In this document: one piece after another, positions 29,115-39,117 of the stretch
Numbering within the stretch: position 1 is the first letter of the stretch
How the letters are laid out: each line of letters starts with the position of its first letter
NCBI GenBank assembly: GCA_965204725.1
Contig: OZ242005.1
Coordinates: 2,656,001 to 2,720,000, forward strand
Reading direction: 5' to 3'
Length of the DNA stretch: 64,000 bases
Origin: Candidatus Latescibacterota bacterium
GTDB lineage: Bacteria; Latescibacterota; UBA2968; UBA8231
The notes under the pieces: generated by a model
The model's input: only the letters and a program-made list of their open reading frames with translations
What the model was told of the DNA's origin: nothing
The model's database searches: none
Position numbers and translations under genes: made by a program

Positions 29115-30149
29115 ATGCAGGGAGTAGTCAAATACCAGCGGGGCGACGGATTTGTCGAGCTGCGCGACCTAGCCGACGCGCCGCCCAACCCCGAGCAGGT
29201 GAAGGTGGCGGTGCAGGCCACCGGCATTTGCGGGTCGGACCTACACGTGTACCGCGACACCATCAACTACAACATCCAAACCCCGGTCGTCATGGGACAC
29301 GAGTTTAGCGGGGTGGTGGTGGAAAAGGGCGCGGCTGTCGGCGATCACATCCAAGTGGGCGACCGCGTGACCGGCGAGCCGAGCGTGTATATCTGCGGCG
29401 CCTGCGACTACTGCTTGAGCGAGCACTACAACCTCTGCCCCGACCGCAAGGTCATGGGCTATTGGCACCACGGCTGCTTCGCCCCTTACTGCAATGCGAC
29501 CTTCGTCCACAAGCTGCCCGCCGGCGTGGGGTTTGAAGCCGGCGCCCTAACCGAGTTGTTAGCCTGTTGCGTGCATTCGGTCATTGAGCAGGCCGGCGTG
29601 ACCGCCGGGGACTTCGTCGCCATCACCGGGCCGGGGCCGGTGGGTTTGTTCGCGGCGCTGGTGGCGTTGGCCGAAGGGGGGACGGTGATTCTCTGCGGCA
29701 CGGAGCGGGATACCGAGCGGCTGCAACTCGCCGAAGAATTGGGCGTCCAGCACACGGTCGATATTGCGGCCCATGATCCGGTGGCGCGGGTGCGCGAGTT
29801 GACTAGCGGCTATGGGGCCGATGTGGTAGTCGAGTGCGCGGGGGTGGCCCCAGCGATGCAGTTGGCCCTCGAACTGGCGCGCAAGCGGGGGCGCTACTCT
29901 CAGATGGGGCTGCCGGGTGCGCCCGTAGCGATCGACTTCGAGAAGATCGCTTACAACGAGCTCCAAGTCTCCGGCGGCATTGGCCAGCGGCGACCGGCTT
30001 GGCAGCGGGCGTTGCGGCTGATGGAACGGGGCTTTATTCCCAGCGAAAAGCTGATCACCCACCACTTTGCCCTGCGCGAATGGCAGCGGGCCTTTGACAT
30101 GGCCGAGGGGCAAGAGGGGATCAAGCTAATGTTCATGCCGCAGGACTGA
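29115..30149 (+). CDS. Zn-dependent MDR alcohol/polyol dehydrogenase
   Basis: GICGSDLH, GHEFSG, CGACDYC...C, GPGPVG. Confidence 0.93.
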   Translation: MQGVVKYQRGDGFVELRDLADAPPNPEQVKVAVQATGICGSDLHVYRDTINYNIQTPVVMGHEFSGVVVEKGAAVGDHIQVGDRVTGEPSVYICGACDYCLSEHYNLCPDRKVMGYWHHGCFAPYCNATFVHKLPAGVGFEAGALTELLACCVHSVIEQAGVTAGDFVAITGPGPVGLFAALVALAEGGTVILCGTERDTERLQLAEELGVQHTVDIAAHDPVARVRELTSGYGADVVVECAGVAPAMQLALELARKRGRYSQMGLPGAPVAIDFEKIAYNELQVSGGIGQRRPAWQRALRLMERGFIPSEKLITHHFALREWQRAFDMAEGQEGIKLMFMPQD

Positions 30150-30187
30150 GTACAACCCGCGCTTGCGGCTTTGGCAAAAATTGGCGA

Positions 30188-30207
30188 TTATCATAAAAAA
30201 GTGATAA
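30188..30207. promoter_or_regulatory. Palindromic operator candidate upstream of XRE gene
   Basis: TTATCA-N8-TGATAA in an AT-rich patch 30 nt before the ATG. Confidence 0.5.
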
Positions 30208-30237
30208 ACTGAATGTGGAACGAGGAGGCAAGCACTC

Positions 30238-30693
30238 ATGCGTTCGATTTATAAACTCTGGCGTAAACTGCGCGATAAAGCGTACCGAGACGGCTACACG
30301 GAATCTCAGCTCTCCATTGAGGTGCCCTTTCAGATCCGAGCAATCCGCAAAGCACGCGGCTGGACGCAAGCCCAACTCGCCAAGCGGAGCGGCATTCCGC
30401 AAGCGCGGATATCCCACATTGAACAGGCCGGCCGGGATCCGCTGTCGTTGCGGACGTTGTACCGATTGGCAGCCGCTTTTGACGTGGGCTTGCAGGTACA
30501 GTTTGTCTCGTTCAGCGAGTTGGTACGGCGGGAAGCGGCCTTTGATCCCGAGACGTTTCGCGTCCCTAGCTTTGCAGAGGACCATATAGAGCGGGCCGTA
30601 CCAACTAGTGATATATCGGTGCCAAAGGAGCCTTACACGACCAACTCCAAGCGCACGCCCAAGGTACGCGGCAGAATGGCCCAATCTGAATGA
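30238..30693 (+). CDS. XRE/HigA-like HTH regulator (no toxin neighbour)
   Basis: QIRAIRKARGWTQAQLAKRSGIPQARISHIEQ...LRTLYRLAAAFD. Confidence 0.85.
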   Translation: MRSIYKLWRKLRDKAYRDGYTESQLSIEVPFQIRAIRKARGWTQAQLAKRSGIPQARISHIEQAGRDPLSLRTLYRLAAAFDVGLQVQFVSFSELVRREAAFDPETFRVPSFAEDHIERAVPTSDISVPKEPYTTNSKRTPKVRGRMAQSE

Positions 30694-30748
30694 AATAGCC
30701 CGGAACCCGGCATCAGAGTACTGGCCCCTTGAGAATGCGCCTGCTGCG

Positions 30749-30812
30749 CTAGTCGCAACACTGGATTCCCGCTTTCGCGGGAATGACCCCTAAAGTCGTC
30801 GTGCAAGACTAG
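30749..30812. repeat. CTAG-bounded mini-element containing a dRS3-like REP (30761-30787)
   Basis: CTAGTC...CTGGATTCCCGCTTTCGCGGGAATGAC...GACTAG. Confidence 0.55.
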
Positions 30813-30911
30813 GCCAAAAGCAACGTGAGTTTTAAGAACGCTTCTTACGGCGTTTAGGCCGACCCACTAAGTCCATGCTAAACGAAATACCACAACTGCG
30901 ATTGGTGCGTT

Positions 30912-32888
30912 TTGACTGAATTTTTTGAACAGCCTGTCCTCAACTCGCCCTACGAGCGTCCGAGTCGGCATTGGGAACTAGACGAGACCGGGCAGCCGAC
31001 CCAGCAGATCGTCGAAAGCCGCCGGGCAGCCGAGTTCATCACGCCGATTCCTCAGCCTAAGAAGCGCGAGGGAACATCCACCCAACAGGCCGCGCTGGTG
31101 TTTGACGAGGCGGCGCGAAAGCTCGAAGACGCCGGCCAGCAATACCTCGATCCGCTTAGCCTGCCGGTGGAGTTACAAACCGCGCTGGAGGCTCTGTACG
31201 GACATTACCAGAAAACCTTTGAGTTGATGGAAGAGGCGGGCATTGGCGTACCGCCGTGCTTTATTGTGGTCTGCAACAATACCGCGACCTCCAAGCTGGT
31301 GCATGACTACATCGCTGGCTTTCACCGCGAGAACGACGATGGCTCAACCACGTTGGTAAATGGCCGCCTAGAACTATTTCGCAACTTTGACGACCACGGC
31401 GACCAGTACCTGCCGCCGCGCACGCTGTTGATCGACAGCGAGCAGTTGGAGTCGGGCGACGCGCTGGACAAAAACTTCCGCGACGTGGCCGCCGACGAGA
31501 TCGACCGCTTTCGGCGGGAAATCATCAAGCGCACCGGCGACCGTCGTCAGGCCGACAACATCAGCGATCAAGCGCTGCTCCGCGAGGTTATGAACACCGT
31601 GGGCAAACCGGGGCGGCTGGGGGCTTCGATTCGCTGCGTAGTGTCCGTGTCCATGCTCACCGAAGGCTGGGATGCGAATACGGTCAGCCACGTGTTGGGC
31701 GTGCGCGCTTTTGGGACGCAGCTACTCTGCGAGCAGGTCGTTGGCCGAGCACTGCGCCGGCAGTCCTACGATCTCAACGAAGACGGCCTGTTCGACGTCG
31801 AGTACGCCGATGTCTTGGGCATCCCATTCGACTTTACGGCCAAGCCCGTGGTGGCCCCGCCCAAGCCGCTGCGCGAGACCGTTCAGGTGCGGGCCGTGCG
31901 ACCCGAGCGCGACGCGCTGGAAATTCGTTTCCCGCGGGTGGCCGGGTATCGAGTGGAATTGCCGGCAGAGCGGCTCCGCGCCGAGTTCAACGAGGACTCA
32001 GTGCTGGAACTGACGCCCGATCTGGTCGGCCCGTCGATCACGCGGAACGAGGGGATCATCGGCGAGGGCGTGGACCTCAACTTGGTACATACCAAAAACC
32101 TGCGGCGTCCGACCCTGCGTTTTCACCTGACTCAGCGGCTGCTCTATGAAAAGTTCCGCGATCCGGGCGAAGAGCCTAAGCTCTATCTCTTCGGCCAACT
32201 CAAGCGCATCACCAAACAGTGGCTCGACACCTGCCTCGTCTGCAAGGGCAGCACCTATCCGGCCCAACTCATGTATCAAGAACTGGCCGACATGGCCTGC
32301 GAGCGCATCTTTGCCGCCATCATGCGCGAGGAGATTGACCGTCGGCCAGTCAAAGCCGTGCTCGATCCGTACAACCCCATCGGCTCAACTGCCCACGTCC
32401 ATTTCAACACGACCAAGACCCGCCGTTGGCAGACCGACGCTCGCCGTTGCCCCATCAACTACGTCGTCCTCAACAGCGACTGGGAAGCCGAGTTTTGTCG
32501 CGTAGTCGAATCTCATCCTCGCGTCAAAGCGTACGTCAAAAACCACAATCTCGGCTTGGAGGTCCCCTACCGCTCCGGCTCGCAACCGCGGACGTACCGG
32601 CCAGACTTTATCGTCCTGATCGACGATGGAAACGGCGATGACCTTTTGCATCTAATCGTCGAGATCAAGGGCTTTCGGCGGGAGGACGCCAAGGACAAGA
32701 AGGCGACTATGGACACCTATTGGGTGCCCGGGGTGAATCATCACGGGGACTGCGGCCGCTGGGCTTTTGCCGAGTTTGCGGATGTGTACGAGATGGAAGC
32801 CGCGTTTAATCAGTTGGTTGAGGGGGAGGCCACAAAAGGCACAAAAGGCACAAAAGGCACAAAAGGGATGAGACATGAGGAGTGGTAA
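30912..32888 (+). pseudogene. res: Type III restriction enzyme Res subunit (BPTD_3080-like) with in-frame deletion of the N-terminal ATPase domain
   Basis: Family N-terminus PVLNSPYERPSRHWELD, then motifs V/VI (SMLTEGWDA, EQVVGRALRR) and nuclease PDF...VEIKG. No Walker A or DEAH motif in 658 aa. Confidence 0.8.
32831..32866 (+). repeat. 9-bp tandem repeat CACAAAAGG x4
   Basis: Seen directly at the 3' end of res (TKG repeats). Confidence 0.9.
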
Positions 32889-34639
32889 TGCTTTGGGATA
32901 GTGATCGCTTGTTGCAGCAACTTGAGCTCGGGGAGGACAGCCGCGTTGAGTTTAAGGAAGCCGTGTTTAGCGGCAACCGCGTCCGCGCACCGAATCGGGA
33001 CGCCATCGCCGACGAGTTGGCCGCTTTTGGCAACACTATCGGCGGCACCTTGATCTTCAGCGTGTCCGATGCCGGTGAAGTGCGGTTGATGAGCCGACAA
33101 CACATAGACGCGCTTGAAGCCTTTGTTAGCGAGATTTGCTCGGATAGCATCCGTCCCCCGTTGGCGTTTGTCACCCAACGGCTGGCGCTGCCCAATGGTT
33201 CGTTTGTGCTGATCGTCACCGTCGAACAGAGCGCATTGGTCCACAAGAGTCCCGGGGGCTACCTTTCTCGACGAGGCAGCACCAAGCGAGAGATGTCACC
33301 GGAGGCATTGAACCGTTTGTTTCAGCAGCGGGGGCGTTTTGGCCTGCTCGGCCCGGACGAAGGGATCGTGGCCGGCACCGGGGCCAATACGTTTGACGAG
33401 ACCCTAGCGGATCGTTTCCTGAGTTCGCGCACTACCGAGCCTACCACAGTCCAACTCACAAAGCTGGGGTTGGTGCGGGAGGATGACAGCGGCGTGCTCC
33501 GCGCAACGGTTGCCGGGGTACTGCTTTGCACTACGCGCCCGGATGAGTACCTACGCGGCGCGACGATTGAAGCGGTTCGCTATCGCGGCACGGTGTCGGG
33601 CCGGGCGAGCCAGCACGATGCAGCGTCCATCACCGGCCCGTTGGACCAGCAGATCCGCGCTGCCGTCAACTTCGCTAGGCTCAATACGCGGGTCGCGGCG
33701 CGCAAGGCCCCTGGGCGAATAGAGACTCCGCAGTTTAGTCCGCGCGCCCTGTTTGAGGCCATCGTCAACGCCGTGGTTCACCGCGATTACTCAATAAAAA
33801 AGGAGAGGATACGGCTCTTCATTTTTGACGACCGCTTCGAGTTGTACTCGCCGGGTGCCCTGCCCAACACGCTGCCCATTGAGGCCATGCGGAATCGACA
33901 AGCCACCCGCAACGAAACGCTCGCGTCCATTCTCCGCATGCTCGCGGTCGGGGATATTGCCGGTGCGGGGGACCGGCAGTACTTCTTGGAGCAACGCGGC
34001 GAAGGGGTTCCGGTCATCTACGAGCAGACCCGGGCGCTGACAGGACGCGACCCAGAGTATGAACTGCTCGGCGGCACGGAACTACGGCTGACTATACCGT
34101 CCGCCCGTCCGCCGGTCCCGGGCATCCAAGGGGAAGTGTCGGTATCTGCCGCTGGTCAGCCGCTTGCCGGCGCACGGGTCGTTGCGCTGTATCCCAACAA
34201 GACTTGGATGGAGGAGGAAACCGATACGTTTGGCCGGGTCGCTTTTGGGTTCCACTCGGAGCTTCCCATCACTGTTTTCTGCGCGGCACCGGGGTATGGT
34301 GCTCACGTGGAGCGGGATTGGCACCCACCGGCACCGCTCGCCGTGCAGCTTGAGCCGCTGCCTAGGGGTGGGTCAGCCGTGTTCACCGAGGGCGTCGGTC
34401 ATTTGCCCAATTTGACCGGGCGGCTCAACCCCATTCTCGACGATCTCGACCGCATGTACCTTTATGCGACAAACGTCGCCATTGACGAAGGCAGGCAGCA
34501 ACCCGTTCACTTCAAACTGAACCAGCCCTTGCGGCTTACGGATGTCAACGGGATTGAATGGATCGTGCGGTTCGTTGAGATGATCGGAACGTCGGCGCTG
34601 TTGGAATACGAATTCCCAAGGCCGAAAAAACAGCGATGA
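32888..34639 (+). CDS. Schlafen/AlbA_2 domain + HATPase_c_4-like domain + beta-rich C-terminal domain
   Basis: GEDSRVEFKE, AFGNTIGG, EAIVNAVVHRDY, SPGALP, RN..LA, EQRGEG; the ATG overlaps the res stop. Confidence 0.85.
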   Translation: MLWDSDRLLQQLELGEDSRVEFKEAVFSGNRVRAPNRDAIADELAAFGNTIGGTLIFSVSDAGEVRLMSRQHIDALEAFVSEICSDSIRPPLAFVTQRLALPNGSFVLIVTVEQSALVHKSPGGYLSRRGSTKREMSPEALNRLFQQRGRFGLLGPDEGIVAGTGANTFDETLADRFLSSRTTEPTTVQLTKLGLVREDDSGVLRATVAGVLLCTTRPDEYLRGATIEAVRYRGTVSGRASQHDAASITGPLDQQIRAAVNFARLNTRVAARKAPGRIETPQFSPRALFEAIVNAVVHRDYSIKKERIRLFIFDDRFELYSPGALPNTLPIEAMRNRQATRNETLASILRMLAVGDIAGAGDRQYFLEQRGEGVPVIYEQTRALTGRDPEYELLGGTELRLTIPSARPPVPGIQGEVSVSAAGQPLAGARVVALYPNKTWMEEETDTFGRVAFGFHSELPITVFCAAPGYGAHVERDWHPPAPLAVQLEPLPRGGSAVFTEGVGHLPNLTGRLNPILDDLDRMYLYATNVAIDEGRQQPVHFKLNQPLRLTDVNGIEWIVRFVEMIGTSALLEYEFPRPKKQR

Positions 34640-34670
34640 AGTTCTGAACGCAGTTGAGAAAGAAACGGAC

Positions 34671-34868
34671 GTGGAATATACAGCCGTCGTGAAACGCAGT
34701 GGCGAATGGTGGATTGGCTGGATTGAGGAAGTTCCCGGCGTAAATTGTCAGGAGCGGACCCATGAGGAATTGCGGCAAAGCCTTGCCGAAACGCTTTTAG
34801 AAGTCCTAGAATTCAATCGGAGCGATGCGCTAGCAGTAGCTAGAATACCCCAGAGGAGGAAACCATGA
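34671..34868 (+). CDS. hicB: HicB-family antitoxin (orphan, C-terminus probably truncated)
   Basis: YTAVVKRSGEWWIGWIEEVPGVNCQERTHEEL. Confidence 0.8.
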   Translation: MEYTAVVKRSGEWWIGWIEEVPGVNCQERTHEELRQSLAETLLEVLEFNRSDALAVARIPQRRKP

Positions 34869-35041
34869 AACTGAAAGTTGTGGTTCATCAAGCGGAAGAA
34901 GGCGGGTACTGGGCAGAAGTACCCGCTATCCCCGGATGCGCGACGCAAGGGGAATCCTTTGAAGAACTGCTGACCAACCTCTACGAGGCTGTCGAAGGTT
35001 GTCTGTCCGTCGAGGTTTGTGACGCTGCTGGCCCTCGCTAA
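34865..35041 (+). CDS. hicB: HicB-family antitoxin (orphan, 58 aa; not in ORF track)
   Basis: RBS GAGGAGG; MKLKVVVHQAEEGGYWAEVPAIPGCATQGESFEELLTNLYEAVEGCL. Confidence 0.85.
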   Translation: MKLKVVVHQAEEGGYWAEVPAIPGCATQGESFEELLTNLYEAVEGCLSVEVCDAAGPR

Positions 35042-35055
35042 CGGAGAGAAGACCA

Positions 35056-35304
35056 ATGAAGACGACCATTGACATCCACGACGAATTGCTGGCTCAAGCG
35101 AAGCAGTACGCGAGAAACACCGGGCGCTCGTTGTGTGCCGTAGTGGAAGAGGGCCTGCGTCAAGTGCTTCCCACACCTTTTTCCAGCAGCCGCTACCGTC
35201 TGCCCGACCTGAGCGAGGGCCAGACGGGCGCGGCCGATCCATTGGCAGCGTACTCATGGCAGGAGTTGCGCGGGATAATCTACGGAGAACCGGAGGAGCA
35301 GTGA
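35056..35304 (+). CDS. vapB: VapB-type RHH antitoxin
   Basis: MKTTIDIHDELLAQAKQYA...VVEEGLR; stop overlaps the PIN gene start. Confidence 0.85.
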   Translation: MKTTIDIHDELLAQAKQYARNTGRSLCAVVEEGLRQVLPTPFSSSRYRLPDLSEGQTGAADPLAAYSWQELRGIIYGEPEEQ

Positions 35305-35753
35305 TCGCCATTGATACGAATCTGCTGGTCTATGCCCACCGTCGGGAATCTCAGGTACACGGAGTAGCTTTCGAGGTGCTGCGGACGCTTGCCGAGGGAG
35401 ACTCAGCATGGGCGATTCCTTGGCCCTGCTGCTACGAATTCCTGAGTGTTGTAACTAACCACCGGATTTGGAAGGATCGCACTACGTCGCCGGAACGGGC
35501 TTGGCAACAACTCGACGCTTGGACCGCGTCGCCTTCAAATCGCCTCATCGGCGAGACCAGTGACTTTCGGGCTATATTGAAGAGCTTTGTCTGTCGCCCC
35601 GGAGTGAGTGGGGGCGTCATACACGATGCTCGGGTTGCTGCCATTTGCATTGCTCACGGCATCGAAGTACTGCTCACCCGAGATCGCGACTTCTCATTGT
35701 TCCCAGAGTTGAAAACACGCAATCCGTTTGAGCCATCAGTAGGCAGTGGTTAA
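35301..35753 (+). CDS. vapC: VapC PIN-domain ribonuclease toxin
   Basis: GTG start; IAIDTNLLVYAHR, YEFLSVVT, HDARVAA, TRDRDF. Confidence 0.9.
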   Translation: MIAIDTNLLVYAHRRESQVHGVAFEVLRTLAEGDSAWAIPWPCCYEFLSVVTNHRIWKDRTTSPERAWQQLDAWTASPSNRLIGETSDFRAILKSFVCRPGVSGGVIHDARVAAICIAHGIEVLLTRDRDFSLFPELKTRNPFEPSVGSG

Positions 35754-35842
35754 ACCGTCGGAGGTGATTGATGTCTGATGAGTTGAACCTGCTGCCGGCA
35801 TTGCGAAACCTGTTGAACACGACTAACGAGGACTCCGTATAA

Positions 35843-36781
35843 ATGGCGAAACGAAAATTGACCAAGACGGTCGAAACTCTGCGGCATCAAGATGCGACGC
35901 GGAAGAACATTCCTACGGCTGAGTATCAGGCGGTGATGGCGGATGATGACCGGAATCCGATCCGCGTCGCATACCAGCGGCGCAACCGCGATCTCGATCC
36001 GCAGCTTGTTTGGCGCGGTAAGGACGAGCAGAATGGGGCGGACTTGGTGGTGCAAAGGCCGCCGCTGTTCATTCAGGAGAAGGGTGCATCCCAAGGTGCT
36101 GATTGACGACTTGCGGCAGCAGAGCAAGGAGGGCGAGGGGGAGCAGACCGACCTGTTCGCGGATTTCAACGGGCTGCCGAGCGCGGACGCTCAGACCGAG
36201 TTTTACCAGCACGACGCCAACTGGTCGAACCGCATGATTCTCGGCGATAGCTTGCAGGTGATGGCGTCGCTGGCCGAGCGCGAGGGGCTGCGCGGCAAGG
36301 TGCAGTGCATCTACATCGACCCGCCCTACGGCATCAAGTTCAACTCGAACTTTCAGTGGTCAACCACCAGCCGCGACGTGAAGGATGGCAGGGCCGAGCA
36401 CATTACGCGGGAGCCGGAACAGGTCAAGGCGTTTCGGGATACGTGGCGCGACGGGATACATTCGTATCTGACGTATCTGTGGGATCGGCTGACGGCGGCG
36501 CGGGATTTGTTGACCGAAAGCGGGTCGGTGTTTGTGCAGATTGGGGACGAGAACATGAGCCGAGTGCGGGTATTGATGGACGAGATATTTGGAGAGAGCA
36601 ACTTTGTTGCTCTTATTTCATATGCAAAGACTACTGGATTCTCTGGCACTTATCTATCGCAGGTTTGTGACTACTTGATATGGTATTCCAAATCACTGTC
36701 GGACCTCAAGTACCGTTCACTTTTCGATACCAAGGAGCAAGGTGCCGCGGGTGCTTCCAAGTACCGGGCCGCCTCGTCAAT
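35843..36781 (+). pseudogene. mod: Type III Mod adenine methyltransferase, frameshifted (~36083) and cut by IS630
   Basis: DLDPQLVWRGKD, NRMILGDSL, YIDPPYG, FVQIGDEN. An extra G in gagaagGgtgcat breaks EKVHPK. No FxGxG motif before the IS end. Confidence 0.88.
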
Positions 36782-37871
36782 TATTGACCTCTGCATTTTT
36801 AATGGAATAGTTTATATTCATTTCTATGCGACCTAAAGGTAGTGCCGATCGGCTAGAGTATCGCCGTCAGTGGGCGGCTCAGTTGCTGGATGAAGGGCGA
36901 GGCGTCAACGAAGTAGCTCGTCTGGTTCGAGCGTCTCCCTCCTCGGTGTCTCGCTGGAAGGCGATGAAAGCGCACGCCGGCGAGGAGGGGCTCAAAGCCA
37001 AACCACATCCGGGGCGGGGCTGTCGGTTGAGTGGCCCAGATAAGGAGCAGTTGAAGCAACTGCTGCTGGCGGGTCCCCAGGCGGCGGGCTTTGATACCGC
37101 GCTGTGGACGTGTCGGCGAGTCGCGCAGGTGATTGCCCACACGTTTGGGGTGTCCTATCATCCCGATCACGTGGGTCGTCTGCTACATGGGTTGGGTTTT
37201 TCGTGCCCGTATCCCCAGCACCAAGCGCGGGAACGCGATGAGGAGGCCATCCGCCAATGGCGCTTAGTGGAATGGCCACGGATTAAAAAAAAGCCCGGCA
37301 CCAAGGGATGACCCTCGTCTGGATCGATCCGAGCGGCTTCCTGCTGCAACCCACCCGGCGGAGGACGTGGGCTTTGGCGGGGCACACGCCGATACACAAG
37401 GTGTGGAGCCGCCACGATCGCGTGTCGGTTCAAGCCGCCGTTACCCTGCCGCCTCAACGCCAGCGGTTGGGCGTTTATTTCCGGATGTATGAGCAGAATA
37501 TCCATACGCAGGATGGGGTCTCCTTTGTCGGGTATATGATGAGCATGATACGACGTAAGATTGTGCTCATTTTGGATCGATGGAGTGTGCATCGCGCGGC
37601 GGTGGCGATCCGACAGAAACGGTACGCCGATCGACTCACCATCGAATGGTTACCCGCCTATGCACCCGAATTGAATCCGGTCGAACAGGTCTGGAATCAT
37701 ACCAAGTACGGGGACTTGGCTAACTTCAGGCCAGAACACATCGACCACCTCGCAGACGCGGTCACGATGTCGATGACCGCCCAGCATCACGATACCCCCC
37801 TGATCCGAGGCTTCTTCAAGTATGCACAACGTACCCTGTAAAGAAGTCCTTTAGTTTTGCAGAACTCAATA
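36782..37871 (+). mobile_element. IS630-family insertion sequence, apparently complete
   Basis: Ends TATTGACCTCTGCA / TGCAGAACTCAATA with TA at both ends; two-ORF transposase. Confidence 0.9.
36826..37841 (+). CDS. IS630 transposase (ORFs 36826-37311 and 37308-37841 joined by -1 frameshift)
   Basis: HTH and winged-HTH N-part; slippery A8G at 37285-37293; DDE motifs WIDPSGF, ILDRWSVH, PELNPVEQVW. Confidence 0.9.
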
Positions 37872-38210
37872 ATAAGCATGGTGCGGCTCCTGTGTTTAGG
37901 ATTTAGATGCAATCTTGGGCGATTACAAATAAACCTAAAACAGGGCCGTACCACAACTTAGATCAAGTGAGATTACTGTCGTGTACTAAGGGTACGCTGT
38001 ATGCGATTAGCCCCTTATACACCACAAGAAAATCCCGTCGAAGATATTTGGTTAAAAGGGAAAACCTTTGTGCGTACTCATGCGTTGTGGACCACAAGCT
38101 TTGAACAGATCAAAGACCTATTTGTCGAGGGCATTCGACAGAAAAAATACTTCCATTTTCCTAAGTTACAGCAATATATAACATCTCTTAAATGATGTAG
38201 AATTGCTATA
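37872..38210 (+). mobile_element. 3' remnant of a second, different IS630 element
   Basis: LAPYTPQENPVEDIWLKGK...FPKL at 38001-38195; AT-rich; right end ATGTAGAATTGCTATA. Confidence 0.8.
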
Positions 38211-39094
38211 TAACTGTCCTCAAGTTTACTCTGAAGAAATGCATCAAATAAACAGATTACCGCCAAGCTTTGGGTCCCTTCGCCATGTCGGCCAATAGGC
38301 AGATGCGCACCAGTGGTTGAGGTGATCATAACTTGTGTTCGGGACAGGATGTCGAAGACTTTGCTGGGAATAGCCTCGATACTTATCGGATCGTTCCTAT
38401 CGAGAGAAACCATTTTGCCGGTATTTCCGAGTCGCTCTTTGATCGCGCCAAACGATTCGTGGGAGTCTAAAATCTTTTGGTTCAGTGCCGCTAGCTCTTC
38501 TTCAAGTTTCTGCCTCAAATCAGGATCGATATTCAGAGAGCGAACAAACGGTCCCCAAAATTGGGAGCGAGGCCGAAATTCCTGAGCAGAGTCGCGCAGT
38601 GCTGCCAAATAGAAAACGGGAGCGAGTTGCTGCAACGAGAATATATATCGCGGATCTTTAGCATTTGTTAGTGCATTGCCAGCGAGATCTAAAAAATCCC
38701 AAACTGTAACAAAATCGTCTGTTGCGGCGGCGTATTTACTTCGCACACGGATTATCACGCTTTGCCGCTCATTTTCATCGGTCTGAACAGCGACGGCGAA
38801 CCTTTGAGGCACTTCATCTGGCCACTCGTTCTCAGTTTGTTCAGCGAAATACAGAGTGATTTCTATGGCATCACTGTCTGCTGGCTGGCTTTCCTTTTGC
38901 GGTAAGTGATAATCATATTCTGAAAATATACCGCCCTTTCGAGTGAGCGAACGACTCAAACAAACTTGGAGTGCTTCCAATATTGTCGATTTCCCGGTGT
39001 TATTTTCGCCTATTAGGACGGTAGTTTTATCTAGCTTCATACTTAGATTGCGGATTCCTCGGAAATTCGCAATATCGATCTTTTCTAAGAACAT
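38211..39094 (-). pseudogene. OLD/GajA/YbjD-like ABC-ATPase nuclease, truncated by IS630 before Walker B and TOPRIM
   Basis: IANFRGI, IGENNTGKSTIL, YLAALRD, signature-like HGEGTQSL. The frame runs into the IS end at TATA, so no EEPE motif. Confidence 0.85.
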
Positions 39095-39117
39095 GAATTA
39101 TTCTTCCTCCATTGACT

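Noticed and set aside
4789-30113. Numerous long alternative-frame ORFs overlapping the called genes
   Set aside because: Expected shadow ORFs in high-GC DNA; Arg/Pro/Ala-rich with no motifs.
36082-36084. Phase-variable mod (phasevarion)
   Set aside because: The frameshift is in a run of only three G, not a simple-sequence repeat tract, and the gene is also IS-truncated. A sequencing error cannot be excluded.
38078-39094. Complete Gabija system
   Set aside because: Only a truncated OLD ATPase is present, with no TOPRIM domain or GajB. The last ~44 codons of the listed ORF are IS sequence.
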